Shown here piece after piece: positions 27,148 through 41,000 of a DNA stretch of 64,000 nucleotides. The notes beneath the pieces are model-generated. The model had not been told where the DNA came from, did not search any database, and saw nothing but the letters and a program-made list of their open reading frames with translations. Position 1 is the stretch's first letter; each line of letters opens with the position of its first letter. Source of the stretch: Macrostomum hystrix (Eukaryota; Animalia; Platyhelminthes); contig CATNEN010000001.1 of NCBI GenBank assembly GCA_950097015.1, positions 3,410,001 through 3,474,000 on the forward strand, written 5' to 3'. The translations under genes and the position numbers were made by a program.

Positions 27148-30100
27148 GACAGATCAAGGGAGAGAGTCAGATATCAATGGGAGAGACACAGATATCAATG
27201 GGAAAGACAGATATCAATGGGAGAGACAGATATCAATGGGAGAGACAGATATCAATGGGAGAGACACAGATATCAATGGGAAAGACAGATATCAATGGGA
27301 GAGACAGATATCAATGGGAGAGACAGATATCAATGGGAGAGACAGATATCAATGGGAGAGACAGATATCAAGGGAGAGACCCAGATATCAATGGGAAAGA
27401 CAGATATCAATGGGAAAGACAGATATCAATGGGAAAGACAGATATCAATGGGAGAGACAGATATCAATGGGAGAGACAGATATCAATGGGAAAGACAGAT
27501 ATCAGGGGAGAGACAGATATCAATGGGAGAGACAGATATCAATAGGAGAGACAGTTATCCATGGGAGAGACATATCAATGGGAGAGACAGATATCAATGG
27601 GAGAGACAGATATCAATGGGAAAGACAGATATCAGGGGAGAGACACAGATATCCATGGGAGAGACAGATATCCATGGGAGAGACAGATATCAATGGGAGA
27701 GACAGATATCAATGGGAGAGACAGATATCAGGGGAGAGACAGATATCAATGGGAGAGACAGATATCAATAGGAGAGACAGATATCCATGGGAGAGACAGA
27801 TATCAATGGGAGAGACAGATATCAATGGGAAAGACAGATATCAGGGGAGAGACACAGATATCCATGGGAGAGACAGATATCCATGGGAGAGACAGATATC
27901 AATGGGAGAGACAGATATCAATGGGAGAGACAGATATCAATGGGAGAGACATATCAATGGGAAAGACAGATATCAATGGGAGAGACAGATATCAATGGGA
28001 AAGACAGATATCAGGGGAGAGACACAGATATCCATGGGAGAGACACAGATATCAATGGGAAAGACAGATATCAATGGGAGACACAGATATCAATGGGAAA
28101 GACAGATATCAGGGGAGAGACACAGATATCCATGGGAGAGACATATCAATGGGAGAGACAGATATCAATGGGAGAGACAGATATCAATGGGAGAGACAGA
28201 TATCAGGGGAGAGACAGATATCAATGGGAGAGACAGATATCAATGGGAGAGACAGATATCAATGGGAGAGACAGATATCAATGGGAGAGACAGATATCAA
28301 TGGGAGAGACAGATATCAATGGGAGAGACAGATATCAATGGGAGAGACAGATATCAATGGGAGAGACAGATATCAATGGGAGAGACAGATATCAATGGGA
28401 GAGACAGATATCAATGGGAAAGACACAGATATCAATGGGAAAAACAGATATCAATGGGAAAGACAGATATCAATGGGAGAGACACAGATATTAATGGGAG
28501 AGACACAGATATCAATGGGAAAGACAGATATCAATGGGAGAGACAGATATCAATGGGAGAGACAGATATCAATGGGAGAGACAGATATTAATGGGAAAGA
28601 CAGATACCAATGGGAAAGACAGATATCAATGGGAAAGACAGATATCAATGGGAAAGACAGATATCAATGGGAAAGACAGATATCAATGGGAAAGACAGAT
28701 ATCAATGGGAGAGACAGATATCAATGGGAAAGACAGATATCAATGGGAGAGACAGATATCAATGGGAGAGACAGATATCAATGGGAAAGACAGATATCAA
28801 TGGGAAAGACACAGATATCAATGGGAGAGACACAGATATCAATGGGAAAGACAGATATCAATGGGAAAGACAGATATCAATGGGAGAGACAGATATCAAT
28901 GGGAGAGACAGATATCAATGGGAAAGACAGATATCAATGGGAGAGACAGATATCAATGGGAGAGACAGATATCAATGGGAGAGACACAGATATCAATAGG
29001 AGAGACACAGATATCAATGGGAGAGACACAGATATCAATGGGAAAGACAGATATCAATGGGAGAGACACAGATATCAATGAGAGAGACAGATATCAATGG
29101 GAAAGACAGATATTAATGGGAGAGACAGATATCAATGGGAGAGACAGATATCAATGGGAAAGACAGATGTCAATGGAAAAGACAGATATCAATGGGAAAG
29201 ACAGATATCAATGGGAAAGACAGATATCAATGGGAGAGACAGATATCAATGGGAGAGACAGATATCAATGGGAGAGACAGATATCAATGGGAGAGACAGA
29301 TATCAATGGGAAAGACAGATATCAATTGGAAAGACAGATATCAATGGGAAAGACAGATATCAATGGGAAAGACAGATATCAATGGGAAAGACAGATATCA
29401 ATGGGAAAGACAGATATCAATGGGAGAGACAGATATCAATGGGAGAGACAGTTATCAATGGGAAAGACAGATATCAATGGGAGAGACACAGATATCAATT
29501 GGAAAAACAGATATCAATGGGAAAAACAGATATCAATGGGAAAAACAGATATCAATGGGAAAGACAGATATCAATGGGAGAGACACAGATATTAATGGGA
29601 GAGACACAGATATCAATTGGAAAGACAGATATCAATGGGAGAGACAGATATCAATTGGAGAGACAGATATCAATGGGAGAGACAGATATCAATGGGAAAG
29701 ACAGATATCAATGGGAGAGACAGATATCAATGGGAGAGACAGATATCAATGGGAGAGACAGATATCAATGGGAAAGACACAGATATCAATGGGAAAAACA
29801 GATATCAATGGGAAAGACAGATATCAATGGGAGAGACACAGATATTAATGGGAGAGACACAGATATCAATGGGAAAGACAGATATCAATGGGAGAGACAG
29901 ATATCAATGGGAGAGACAGATATCAATGGGAGAGACAGATATTAATGGGAAAGACAGATACCAATGGGAAAGACAGATATCAATGGGAAAGACAGATATC
30001 AATGGGAAAGACAGATATCAATGGGAAAGACAGATATCAATGGGAAAGACAGATATCAATGGGAAAGACAGATATCAATGGGAAAGACAGATATCAATGG

Positions 30101-31627
30101 GAGAGACAGATATCAATGGGAGAGACAGATATCAATGGGAAAGACAGATATCAATGGGAGAGACAGATATCAATGGGAGAGACAGATATCAATGGGAAAG
30201 ACAGATATCAATGGGAAAGACAGATATCAATGGGAGAGACAGATATCAATGGGAGAGAGAGATATCAATGGGAAAGACAGATATCAATGGGAAAGACAGA
30301 TATCAATGGGAAAGACAGATATCAATGGGAAAGACAGATATCAATGGGAGAGACACAGATATCAATGGGAAAGACAGATATCAATGGGAGAGACACAGAT
30401 ATCAATGGGAGAGACAAATATCAATGGGAGAGAGACAGATATCAAAAGGAGAGACAGATATCAAGGGAGAGAGACAGATATCAAGGGAGAGAGTCAGATA
30501 TCAAGGGAGAGACACAGATATCAAGGGGGAGAGACAGATATCAATGGGAGAGAGTCAGATATCAAGGGAGAGACACAAATATCAAGGGAGAGACACAAAT
30601 ATCAAGGGAGAGAGTCAGATATCAAGGGAGAGACACAGATATCAAGGGAGAGAGTCAGATATCAAGGGAGAGACACAGATATCAAGGGAGAGAGTCAGAT
30701 ATCAAGGGAGAGACACAGATATCAAGGGGGAGAGACAGATATCAAGGGAGAGACAGATATCAAGGGAGAGACACAGATATCAAGGGAGAGAGTCAGATAT
30801 CAAGGGAGAGACACAGATATCAAGGGGGAGAGACAGATATCAATGGGAGAGACACAGATATCAAGGGAGAGAGTCAGATATCAAGGGAGAGACACAGATA
30901 TCAAGGGAGAGAGTCAGATATCAAGGGAGAGACACAAATATCAAGGGAGAGACACAAATATCAAGGGAGAGAGTCAGATATCAAGGGAGAGAGTCAGATA
31001 TCAAGGGAGAGACAGATATCAATGGGAAAGACAGATATCAATGGGAGAGACAGATATCAATAGGAGAGACAGATATCAATGGGAAAGACAGATATCAATG
31101 GGAGAGACAGATATCAATAGGAGAGACAGATATCAATGGGAGAGACAGATATCAATGGGAGAGACAGATATCAATGGGAGAGACAGATATCAAGGGAGAG
31201 ACCCAGATATCAAGGGAGAGAGTCAGATATCAAGGGGAGAGACAGATATCAATGGGAGAGACAGATATCAATGGGAGAGACAGATATCAATGGGAGAGAC
31301 AGATATCAATGGGAGAGACAGATATCAATGGGAGAGACAGATATCAAGGGAGAGACCCAGATATCAAGGGAGAGAGTCAGATATCAAGGGGAGAGACAGA
31401 TATCAATGGGAAAGACAGATATCAATGGGAAAGACAGATATCAATGGGAAAAACAGATGTCAATGGGAGAGACAGATATCAATGGGAGAGACAGATATTA
31501 ATGGGAGAGACAGATATCAATGGGAGAGACAGATATCAATGGGAGAGACACAGATATCAATGGGAAAGACACATATATCAATGGGAGAGACACAGATATC
31601 AGGGGAGAGACAGATATCAAAGGAGAG
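27148..31627. repeat. ~4.5-kb 19-21 bp minisatellite (gatatcaatgggagagaca)
   Basis: More than 200 tandem copies. It explains all the MGETDINGRDRYQWERQIS ORFs. Confidence 0.97.
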
Positions 31628-31695
31628 TTGCTGCAAGGACTACAAAGCAGACTGAAAGTCATCCCATGCCAACCTGTCCCAACTGATCCCAACAG

Positions 31696-31910
31696 AGGTG
31701 GACGGCGGCCCACTGCCGGGCCCGTACCGGTTCGCCCAGTTCCACATGCACTGGGGCGCAGCTGATCAGTTTGGCAGTGAGCATGCTCTGAATGGTCGCT
31801 TGTTCCCAGCCGAACTGCACATGGTGCATTGGAATGCCATCAAATATGCCAAGTTTGACCTGGCCGCAGCGCATTCCGATGGACTAACCGTGCTCGGAGT
31901 CTTTGTGCAG
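31696..31910 (+). CDS. Alpha-carbonic anhydrase exon 3 (zinc ligands)
   Basis: GGPLPGPYRFAQFHMHWG...GSEH...FPAELHMVHWN...DGLTVLGVF. Confidence 0.96.
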
Positions 31911-32107
31911 GTAAAAGTACAGTTTATAGGGGCTGGGAGAACATGTTTGTCAAGTGTTCGTATGTTCATAAATAATACCTATTCTTGAACTCCAAAAATG
32001 GGTCTATGAACATATCATTTTATTAAAAAGTTGTAAAAATACCCATTCATAAACTCCCAAAATTGATAATACTAATAACTAGAGTACTAGCAAGAGGGCT
32101 GCGGGCG

Positions 32108-32345
32108 ATGGCACATCATTTGGTGACACTAGACCCGCAGCCAGTGAGGATGCAATTCAGCCCATTTCACTGACTCCTGAGCACACACTCACACAGGTGT
32201 GTACATCTGCCCTGACTTTCTCATCCTCAGGCAGTGTACCCAATCATCGTGCCTTGGAAGCCCCCAAGCCTTCTCTCCGCGGCTGCGCCCCAAATAAATG
32301 CTGTGGCCTCGCCGCGGAATCGAGCTCAGGGACCTTGGTGCGAGA
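32108..32345 (-). mobile_element. SINE family A, copy 2 (head truncated)
   Basis: Aligns to 9520-9820 (atggcacatcatttggtgacactagacccgcagcca...ccgcggaatcgagc). Confidence 0.75.
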
Positions 32346-32636
32346 CCGCCCTGTCACTCACCCCTAAACTCCCAAGAAAATAGAATCGATAAATATACTC
32401 ACTCTCTAACTCCCAACTATTCGATTCTTTAAATGTCCATTTTTTACTCATGGCAGACTAGAATCTCTTTTATATCCCCATTCTTCAGTTCCCAACAGAA
32501 TGACATCTTGAAATGTCCCATTTTATATTAACTCCTATGAAAAATAAAATCTACGAGTATAAATTCATTTTTGTCCTACTTTGTGAACTTCGAATGCTTG
32601 GACGTGTCACAAAAATATCTATAAATCCTCCTCTAG

Positions 32637-32861
32637 GTCGGAGCACCGAACGATGAGCTGGCAAAAGTGCTCAACCACTTTGACAGTATTAAATCGGCCG
32701 GATGCGCGACTCAACTTGAGCAGCCCGTGTGTTTGAGCAATTTGTTACCTGAGGATCAATCATTTTATTTCACTTATCCCGGCTCGCTAACAACGCCACC
32801 CTGTTTTGAGTCTGTGCGTTGGATTGTCTTTGGGAATCCGATCACGATGAGTCGAGAGCAG
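32637..32861 (+). CDS. Alpha-carbonic anhydrase exon 4
   Basis: LLPEDQSFYFTYPGSLTTPPCFESVRWIVFGNPITMSREQ. Confidence 0.96.
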
Positions 32862-33017
32862 GTAAGTGTTTATTGGTTCATTTTTCTGAAATACTGTTTT
32901 ACTACTAGCAGTAGAAATATAAATATCCTCATGGTCACAGTTTGCTTTCATTTATAGATCATTATTGGGTTATTTTCCTTCTCTATAGCCCGTCCGCTTG
33001 TCTGCGTGCCCTTACAC

Positions 33018-33436
33018 CAGGGGTCGGCAAACTCCGGCCCGCGGGCCAGATGCGGCCCTCGAAGCTCCCAAATCCGGCCCGTTGCCCCTTCTGACATCTA
33101 CAGTGTCCTGTTTCATCTCTCTCGGTCTAATCTCTCCCGTGTCTCATCTCTCCAGTGTCTCATCTCTCCAGTGTCTTATCTCTCCACTGTCTTATCTTAC
33201 CCGTGTCTCATCTCTCCAGTGTCTCATCTCTCCCGTGTCTCATCTCTCCCGTGTCTCATCTCTCCCATGTCTCATCTCTCCCGTGTCTCATCTCTCCTGT
33301 ATCTAATCTCTCGCGTGTCTAATCTCTCCCGTGTCTCATCTCTCCCCTATCTCATATTTATACAGTCAATGCGGCCCGCTGTCGTCTTTTAGGTTTCTCT
33401 CTTTGGCCCGCCAGCAAATAAGTTTGCCTACCCCTG
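33018..33436. mobile_element. Non-autonomous hAT (Charlie/Buster-type) MITE with an internal 16-bp minisatellite
   Basis: TIRs caggggtcggcaaact / agtttgcctacccctg. Perfect 8-bp TSD ccttacac (33010-33017 and 33437-33444) with central TA. Subterminal cggccc motifs. Confidence 0.92.
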
Positions 33437-33797
33437 CCTTACACGCAATCTATTATCGATTTTCAAACGACCCACTCTCCCGCCACCCCCGCCAGTCCGG
33501 CCCAACCCCTTATTTCTCATACCCCGCTATATATCGATCGCCAGATATTAACCCCCTGCTTGCGACAGCCTAGACTTTTCACACCCTAATTTTCTTAACA
33601 CTGCCTCTATCCTGCCTCCAGCGAATCAAACTAAATGTGCGGAGGCTAATTGGGGCTGGTTATTCTCGCTTGTCCTTATTGGAAAACTAAAATATCAAGT
33701 CATAATCACAGTCGCATTGCTTAAAATAACGAAGTATCAGAAAGCATCGAAACTTAGCTCTTTTAAAAAAGGACAAAAATAAAACAAAAAATGTTAG

Positions 33798-33917
33798 ATC
33801 GAAACTCTGCGCCAATTGGAGAGCTGCCATGGCGAGCCGCCGGAACCGCTGTTCAACAATTATCGTCACCTGATTCCGCTTGGCAAGCGAACTCTGCAAG
33901 TTTCGCATCAAATCTAA
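33798..33917 (+). CDS. Alpha-carbonic anhydrase exon 5. The five exons total 780 nt = 259 aa
   Basis: IETLRQLESCHGEPPEPLFNNYRHLIPLGKRTLQVSHQI*, matching the CA C-terminal N.R...PL..R motif. Confidence 0.85.
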   Translation: METLRQLESCHGEPPEPLFNNYRHLIPLGKRTLQVSHQI

Positions 33918-34862
33918 AAGTACACTATAAAGTGTCTGCTACTTTCGTTGTAGTTTTGTACTTTTTCTATAATATTTAGTTAGAAGTTTACACAGCATGT
34001 TCAACATACAATCAGTGTTATAATTATTTTCAATATTTTGTTAGAATTTAGAAGAAATACTTTATTTATAAAAAATCATCCTAGATACAGTTTTCTAAAA
34101 AAGTTATTAAGCATCGTAATTGGCATGCTATTTTTTTAAGTATTTCATTTTTCCACTGGACTCGCCTAGACTTCATTTTGTCATAAAAGTCCTGACTATC
34201 AGTTTGCATTAGTTTAATATGCACTTGTAACTGAAGATGAAGTTTAATTATCCTTATTTTTATATGTTTAATTTATGATGCAATATTCTATATATCATTT
34301 AGATTTAGAAATATATTTTCATAACATATAAGTCTATTGGATAGAACAATATGTTATTTAGCAGCTTAATAGTTTTTACAGTAGCGAATAACAATTTTTT
34401 ACACCAAACATGCAGGACTTTTATTATTATTTTACAAGTATACACGAAGGCTGTGTCGTGTTGTGCCACCTGCCCCAGTCGTCCCTGTTGTGCCACCTAC
34501 TTACATCTCTACTTACATAATCTGAGGCGGCTGACAGTCGAGAGAAGATTCAAGTGATCGATTAAGAGCAGTGATCGAATATTTTTGCTGATTACATTGA
34601 ACCGGTTAATAAGGACTCGAAATTTATTTATTCGTGTTGGGTGGCTTCTGCATAAAACAAAATTTGGCTAATTTGCAAGACACAAAACCAATTTCAAGAT
34701 AGTGTCCGGTAGAATTGCAGGGTAATTTCCGAGAACCTGACAGTTGCAGAAGTATTGGGTAGAAATAGTTACAATATCCGTTGTACGAGCAAAGTTGTAG
34801 TTTATAATCCCTCTTTTTAGTTTGACATATTCCGTTTGGCATAAATGTAACGAAGGGAGAGC

Positions 34863-36183
34863 TCAGCCGCACGTCACAGAAGCGCTCAGGAACCGGAAGG
34901 ACACGAAGCCCTGGTCGCCAGTCGAGTTGCCACCCGAGACGCAGCCGCCAAGACAGAAGGACCCGCCGCCGCCGCCCCCCTGTGCGAAGCCGAGACTGGC
35001 GCCCCCGCCGCTGAAGCCGCCGCCTGCGCCGGGGGCTCCTTTGACCGATCCGCTCTCGCAGCCGCCTCCGCCGCCACCACCGAATCCGCCTCTGCTGGAG
35101 CTGCCGACTCCAGAGACACCGCCGACCCAGCCGTCAGCCCGACTGCCTCCTCGGTCGCCATCCGAGGAGCTCCGCCTGGAGTTGACGGCCTTGCCCAGCC
35201 AGCCGGCACCGCAGCCACCGTGATTGCTGCCGCTGCGAGTGTCGCTGGGGTTGTTGAATCCTGGCTCTCCGTTGACGCCACCAAAGCCTGTGCAGGATGG
35301 GCAACCATCTGCAGTACTGCTAGATCCGTCTCTGCCCTTCTCGCCCGTTTGTCCTGCGAATCGGTTAATAAATTTGGTTTCTATCAAACTTGAAGCAGGA
35401 TTTGTAGGCAAAGCAATCAGTTTTTAGTCATACCGCCTTTTATACAAGATGCGCCTCCGCCTCCGCCCGCGGCCAGCAGCAGCAGCAGGTCGGAGCTGCG
35501 GTACACGAAGCTGCCGCCGCCTCCGCCGCCTCCCTCGTACTGCACGGAGGTCGAGCCGCCCATCTGGCCGACGACGACGGTCAGCCGAGTGCCCGCCGTC
35601 AGGTTCGTCCTGGCGCTCACCTGGGCTCCCTGACCTCCGGCTGTGTTTGCAAAGGTGTTGCCGCCACCCCTGGCTCCCGCAGCCTCGATCAGGTAGCAGC
35701 CGGTGGACTCGACTAGGACGCTCTGCACCGACCCGACTCTGCCGACGCTGCTGTCTGAAAGGCGAGGGTTTTCACCGGTGCAGCTTCTCCGCCTTTGAGT
35801 GGCATGTACTCAGACTCAAAGCATGACAGACACTCACTGTGCAGCAGCACTGTTGAGGCGAGTCTCGCACTGCCCATCGCCTTCCACACCGTGGCGTCTT
35901 CCGCAGCAGACGAAGCCAGCAGCCTCAGAGCCCAGTCAGTGGCTGGCTCGATCCAGGCCGCGATCGCAATGCTCACAATCTCGCAGATGCCGCCGCTCTT
36001 CACGGAGACCGCAGCGGAGCAGCGCGACCGATGACACGAGGCCACACAGTCGATGACCGAACTCGCACTGGTGACCGAGGTCACGCTGATGTTGCTGCTC
36101 AGGGTCAATGGCAGCAGCAGCAGCTGCGGTTCTTGCACAGCAGAGTATTGTCCAGCAGTCTCAGTGACACCGGAGTGAGTCAT
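34863..36183 (-). pseudogene. PAN/apple-like plus ALK/LTK-type glycine-rich domain protein. Intron 35433-35354; apparent 1-nt frameshift near 35757
   Basis: DCVASCHRSRCSAAVSV..GGICEI; VQSVLVESTGCYLIEAAGARGG...GGQGAQVSA...LTVVVGQMG...GGGGGGSFVY...LLLAAGGGGG...GGFGGGGG...GAGGGFSGG...GGGGGSF. The two upstream frames need an indel to join. Confidence 0.7.
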
Positions 36184-36667
36184 GCTGCTACAGGCTTAAA
36201 ATTATTGAAAGAATCTTTATTCAGAGCTGAAGTACCTTCCTCAGACAAAGCGTTTGGGCACTCAGAACTTACCGAAAATCAAGATTAGAACTTTTGATAT
36301 GTATTGATCCCGTTTCATTGTCACTTCTGGGCTTACTTTAGGAGGCTTTTGATTTCTGTGACAGTCGATGCATGAAATAACCTGCCTCCTTGGCTCAACT
36401 CAGCAATTTACATACAATGCCTCGCTCGATAGTTTGCTGTTTTCGTCGCCTAGCAACGACTATCGAATGAGATTGTCAAGGCTTCAACCCTAAGCAGCCA
36501 TCTTTCCATTGGTCCTCTCTCAATTTCACCTCGATGGCATCCCGGCCTCCCGACCGCTCCCTACCTATTTTAGCTAACTCAGGTAGATTGTCAATTTGGG
36601 TTAATTTTACAGGACCATGTTTTCAGTGTCAGCTCCGTGTCAATGAGCTGTCAGTTTAATTGCACGC

Positions 36668-37142
36668 AGTGTTACACAGATCACAGGTGTTCACAAACCC
36701 AGTGTACACATAACGCAGGTGTTCACAAACCCAGTGTACATAGATCACAGTTGTTCACAAACCCAGTGTACACATAACGCAGGTGTTCACAAACCCAGTG
36801 TACACAGATCACAGTTGTTCACAAACCCAGTGTACACATAACGCAGGTGTTCACAAACCCAGTGTACACATAACGCAGGTGTTCACAAACCCAGTGTACA
36901 CAGATCACAGTTGTTCACAAACCCAGTGTACACATAACGCAGGTGTTCACAAACCCAGTGTATACAGATCACAGGTGTTCACAAACCCAGTGTACACATA
37001 ACGCAGGTGTTCTCAAACCGATTGTACACAGATCACAGGTGTTCACAAATCCCGTGTACACAGATCACAGTTGTACTCAAAGCCAGTGTACACAGATCAC
37101 AGGAGTTCTCAAAGCCAGTGTACACAGATCACAGGTGCTCTC
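36668..37142. repeat. 31-33 bp minisatellite (acacagatcacaggtgttcacaaacccagtgt), two alternating variants
   Basis: Tandem copies. Confidence 0.92.
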
Positions 37143-37933
37143 AGAGACCCAATTTATTTGGTGCGCAGTCACGGAGAGAAGGCTTGGGGGCTTGAGGCCA
37201 GCCTCGATCTAAATCACAGTGAGCGTGTACACTGCCTGCCGATGAAAAAGTTAGGGCAGATGTACACATGTCTGTGTATGTGTACAGGGTCTGTGTGCGT
37301 GTGTTCTCAGGATTCAGCGGAAGGGTTGATGTTGCCTCCGCGGGTTGAGTGATGCCAAATTATTCGTCACTGTCTCCATGAAGATTGGTAATACGCACTG
37401 GGACTATTTTGAGTTCGTAAAGCTATTTCTCTAGGTTAAGAGCACTGCTTTTAACTGGAACTGCTTTTAGAGCATTGAAATCTGCTTTGAAAGCTGAGCT
37501 CACGGAAGCGATCAAATGCTTTCTGCTCTCATTTAATTGAATCTTTCCTCGTTGCGTCATTGTTTAGAAAACTGCGGCATCCAGCAAAGGCTTTTAGGAA
37601 GAGGAGAGCTATTGTGTTGTCTACTTTAAAGCTTTGAACTAAGTTCAAAGCGTGTGATCATGCGTGTGAACACACGCATGCTTATTGTGAACTAAGATAA
37701 TAGATTGTCCTAGGAAAGGATCCTTGATTATTTTTAGCAAAACTTTTAGTGTGCCTCTTGTTACTGACGTATAAATTGACAAAAATTCGTTCGTTGTCTT
37801 GGTAATTTTTTTCGTCAGATGCCACGCTTCTTATTAAGATTTAGGTCCTCTGGGGTGACTAAATTTCTCAACCAACTCAAACCTGTGTGACTGCGCCCAA
37901 AATTATCGTGGCCTTGTTCCTTGATTGTTCCTT

Positions 37934-38087
37934 GAACTGGAACAAGGATTTAAGATATGAACAGGAACAAGGATTTAAGATATGAACAGGAACAAGGATT
38001 TAAGATATGAACAGGAACAAGGATTTAAGATATGAACAGGAACAAGGATTTAAGATATGAACAGGAACAAGGATTTAGGATATGAAC
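37934..38087. repeat. 25-bp minisatellite (tatgaacaggaacaaggatttaaga)
   Basis: About 6 copies. Confidence 0.92.
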
Positions 38088-41000
38088 TCTCTCATCCAAC
38101 TCTCTCATACAAATCTCATCCCACTCTCATCCCACTCTCATCCCACTCTCATCCCTCTCTCATCCCACTCTCAACCCACTCTCTCATCCCACTGTCATCC
38201 CACTCTCACCCCACTCTCTTTTCCCACTCTTATCCCACTCTCTCATCCAACCCTCTCATCCCACTCTCATCCCACTCTCTCATCCCACTCTCTCATCCCA
38301 CTCTCATCCCACTCTCTCATCCCACTCTCTTTTCCCACTCTTATCCCACTGTCATCCCACTCTCTCATCCAACCCTCTCATACAAATCTCATCCCACTCT
38401 CATCCCACTCTCATCCCACTCTCATCCCTCTCTCATCCCACTTTCATCCCACTTTCATCCCACTCTCATCATCCCACTCTCCCATCCCACTCTCTCATCC
38501 CACTCTCTCATCCCACTCTCTTTTCCCACTCTTATCCCACTGTCATCCCACTCTCTCATCCAACCCTCTCATACAAATCTCATCCCACTCTCATCCCACT
38601 CTCATCCCACTCTCATCCCTCTCTCATCCCACTCTCAACCCACTCTCTCATCCCACTGTCATCCCACTCTCACCCCACTCTCTTTTCCCACTCTTATCCC
38701 ACTCTCTCATCCAACCCTCTCATCCCACTCTCATCCCACTCTCATCCCACTCTCATCCCACTCTCATCCCACTCTCATCCCACTCTCATCCCACTCTCAT
38801 CCCACTCTCTCATCCCACTCTCATCCCACTCTCATGACACTCTCATCCCACTCTCATGACACTCTCATGACACTAACGCAAAGGATCAGGGGCAAGAATC
38901 AGAATTCATTTCTAAATTATCCAACTCAAGTTCTCTTTTCCCAACACAGCTCATCCAGACAATCTAATACCACTCTCCCATCCACTCTCATCCCACTCTC
39001 ATCCCAGTCTCATCCCACTCTCATCCCACTCTCATCCCTCTCTCATCCCACTCTCTCATCCCACTCTCATCCCACTCTCTCATCCAACTCTCTCATACAA
39101 ATCTCATCCCACTCTCATCCCACTCTCATCCCACTCTCATCCCTCTCTCATCCCACTCTCATCCCACTCTCATCCCACTGTCATCCCACTCTCACCCCAC
39201 TCTCTTTTCCCACTCTTATCCCACTCTCTCATCCAACCCTCTCATCCCTCTCTCATCCCACTCTCATCCCACTCTCTCATCCCACTCTCATCCCACTCTC
39301 TCATCCCACTCTCTCATCCCACTCTCTCATCCCACTGTCATCCCACTCTCACCCCACTCTCTTTTCCCACTCTTATCCCACTGTCACCCCACTCTCATCC
39401 CTCTCTCATCCCACTTTCATCCCACTTTCATCTCACTCTCATCCCACTCTCACCCCACTCTCTCATCCCACTCTCTCATCCCACTCTCTCATCCCACTGT
39501 CATCCCACTCTCACCCCACTCTCTTTTCCCACTCTTATCCCACTGTCACCCCACTCTCATCCCTCTCTCATCCCACTTTCATCCCACTTTCATCTCACTC
39601 TCATCCAACTCTCAACCACTCTCATCCCTCTCTCATCCCACTTTCATCCCACTCTCATCATCCCACTCTCCCATCCCAATCTCATCATCCCACTCTCCCA
39701 TCCCACTCCATCATCCCACTCTCCCATCCCACTCCATCATCCCACTCTCCCATCCCACTCTCATCAATCCTTCGTGCCATGAGTCATCCGGGAAGCAATG
39801 TGATTGTTGGGCTGGGCTGTGGGATTGAGCATAGACTCATACTCAGCTCTGTTGTGAGATTAGGGCATTAAGCACTGCCAATACAAATGCAAAGGATCAG
39901 GGGCAAGAATCAGAATTCATTTCTAAATTATCCAACTCAAGTTCTCTTTTCCCAACACAGCTCATCCAGACAATCTAATACCACTCTCCCATCCACTCTC
40001 ATCCCACTCTCATCCCAGTCTCATCCCACTCTCATCCCACTCTCATCCCACTCTCATCCCACTCTCATCCCACTCTCATCCCACTCTCATGACACTCTCA
40101 TCCCACTCTCATGACACTCTCATCCCACTCTCATCCCACTCTCATCCCACTCTCATCCCACTCTCATCCCACTCTCATGACACTCTCATCCCACTCTCAT
40201 CCCACTCTCTCATCCAACTCTCTCATACAAATCTCATCCCACTCTCATCCCATTCTCATCCCACTCTCATCCCTCTCTCATCCCACTCTCTCATCCCACT
40301 CTCATCCCATTCTCATCCCACTCTCATCCCACTCTCATCCCACACTCTCATCCCACTCTCATCCCACTCTCATCCCACTCTCATCCCACTCTCATGACAC
40401 TCTCATCCCACTCTCATCCCACTCTCATCCCACTCTCATCCCTCTCTCATCCCACTCTCATCCCTCTCTCATCCCACTCTCATCCCACTCTCATCCCACT
40501 CTCTCATCCAACTCTCTCATACAAATCTCATCCCACTCTCATCCCACTCTCATCCCACTCTCATCCCACACTCTCATCCCACTCTCATCCCACTCTCATC
40601 CCACTCTCATGACACTCTTATCCCACTCTCATCCCACTCTCATCCCACTCTCATCCCTCTCTCATCCCACCCTCATCCCTCTCTCATCCCACTCTCATCC
40701 CACTCTCATCCCACTCTCTCATCCAACTCTCTCATACAAATCTCATCCCACTCTCATCCCACTCTCATCCCACTCTCATCCCTCTCTCATCCCACTCTCA
40801 TCCCACTCTCATCCCACTGTCATCCCACTCTCACCCCACTCTCTTTTCCCACTCTTATCCCACTCTCTCATCCAACCCTCTCATCCCTCTCTCATCCCAC
40901 TCTCATCCCACTCTCTCATCCCACTCTCATCCCACTCTCTCATCCCACTCTCTCATCCCACTCTCTCATCCCACTGTCATCCCACTCTCATCCCACTCTC

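Noticed and set aside
27042-31686. Many long overlapping MGETDINGRDRYQWERQIS ORFs
   Set aside because: A stop-poor 19-bp satellite inside carbonic anhydrase intron 2, open in all three frames.
34822-35223. Pro-rich plus-strand ORF
   Set aside because: Antisense of the glycine-rich coding region.
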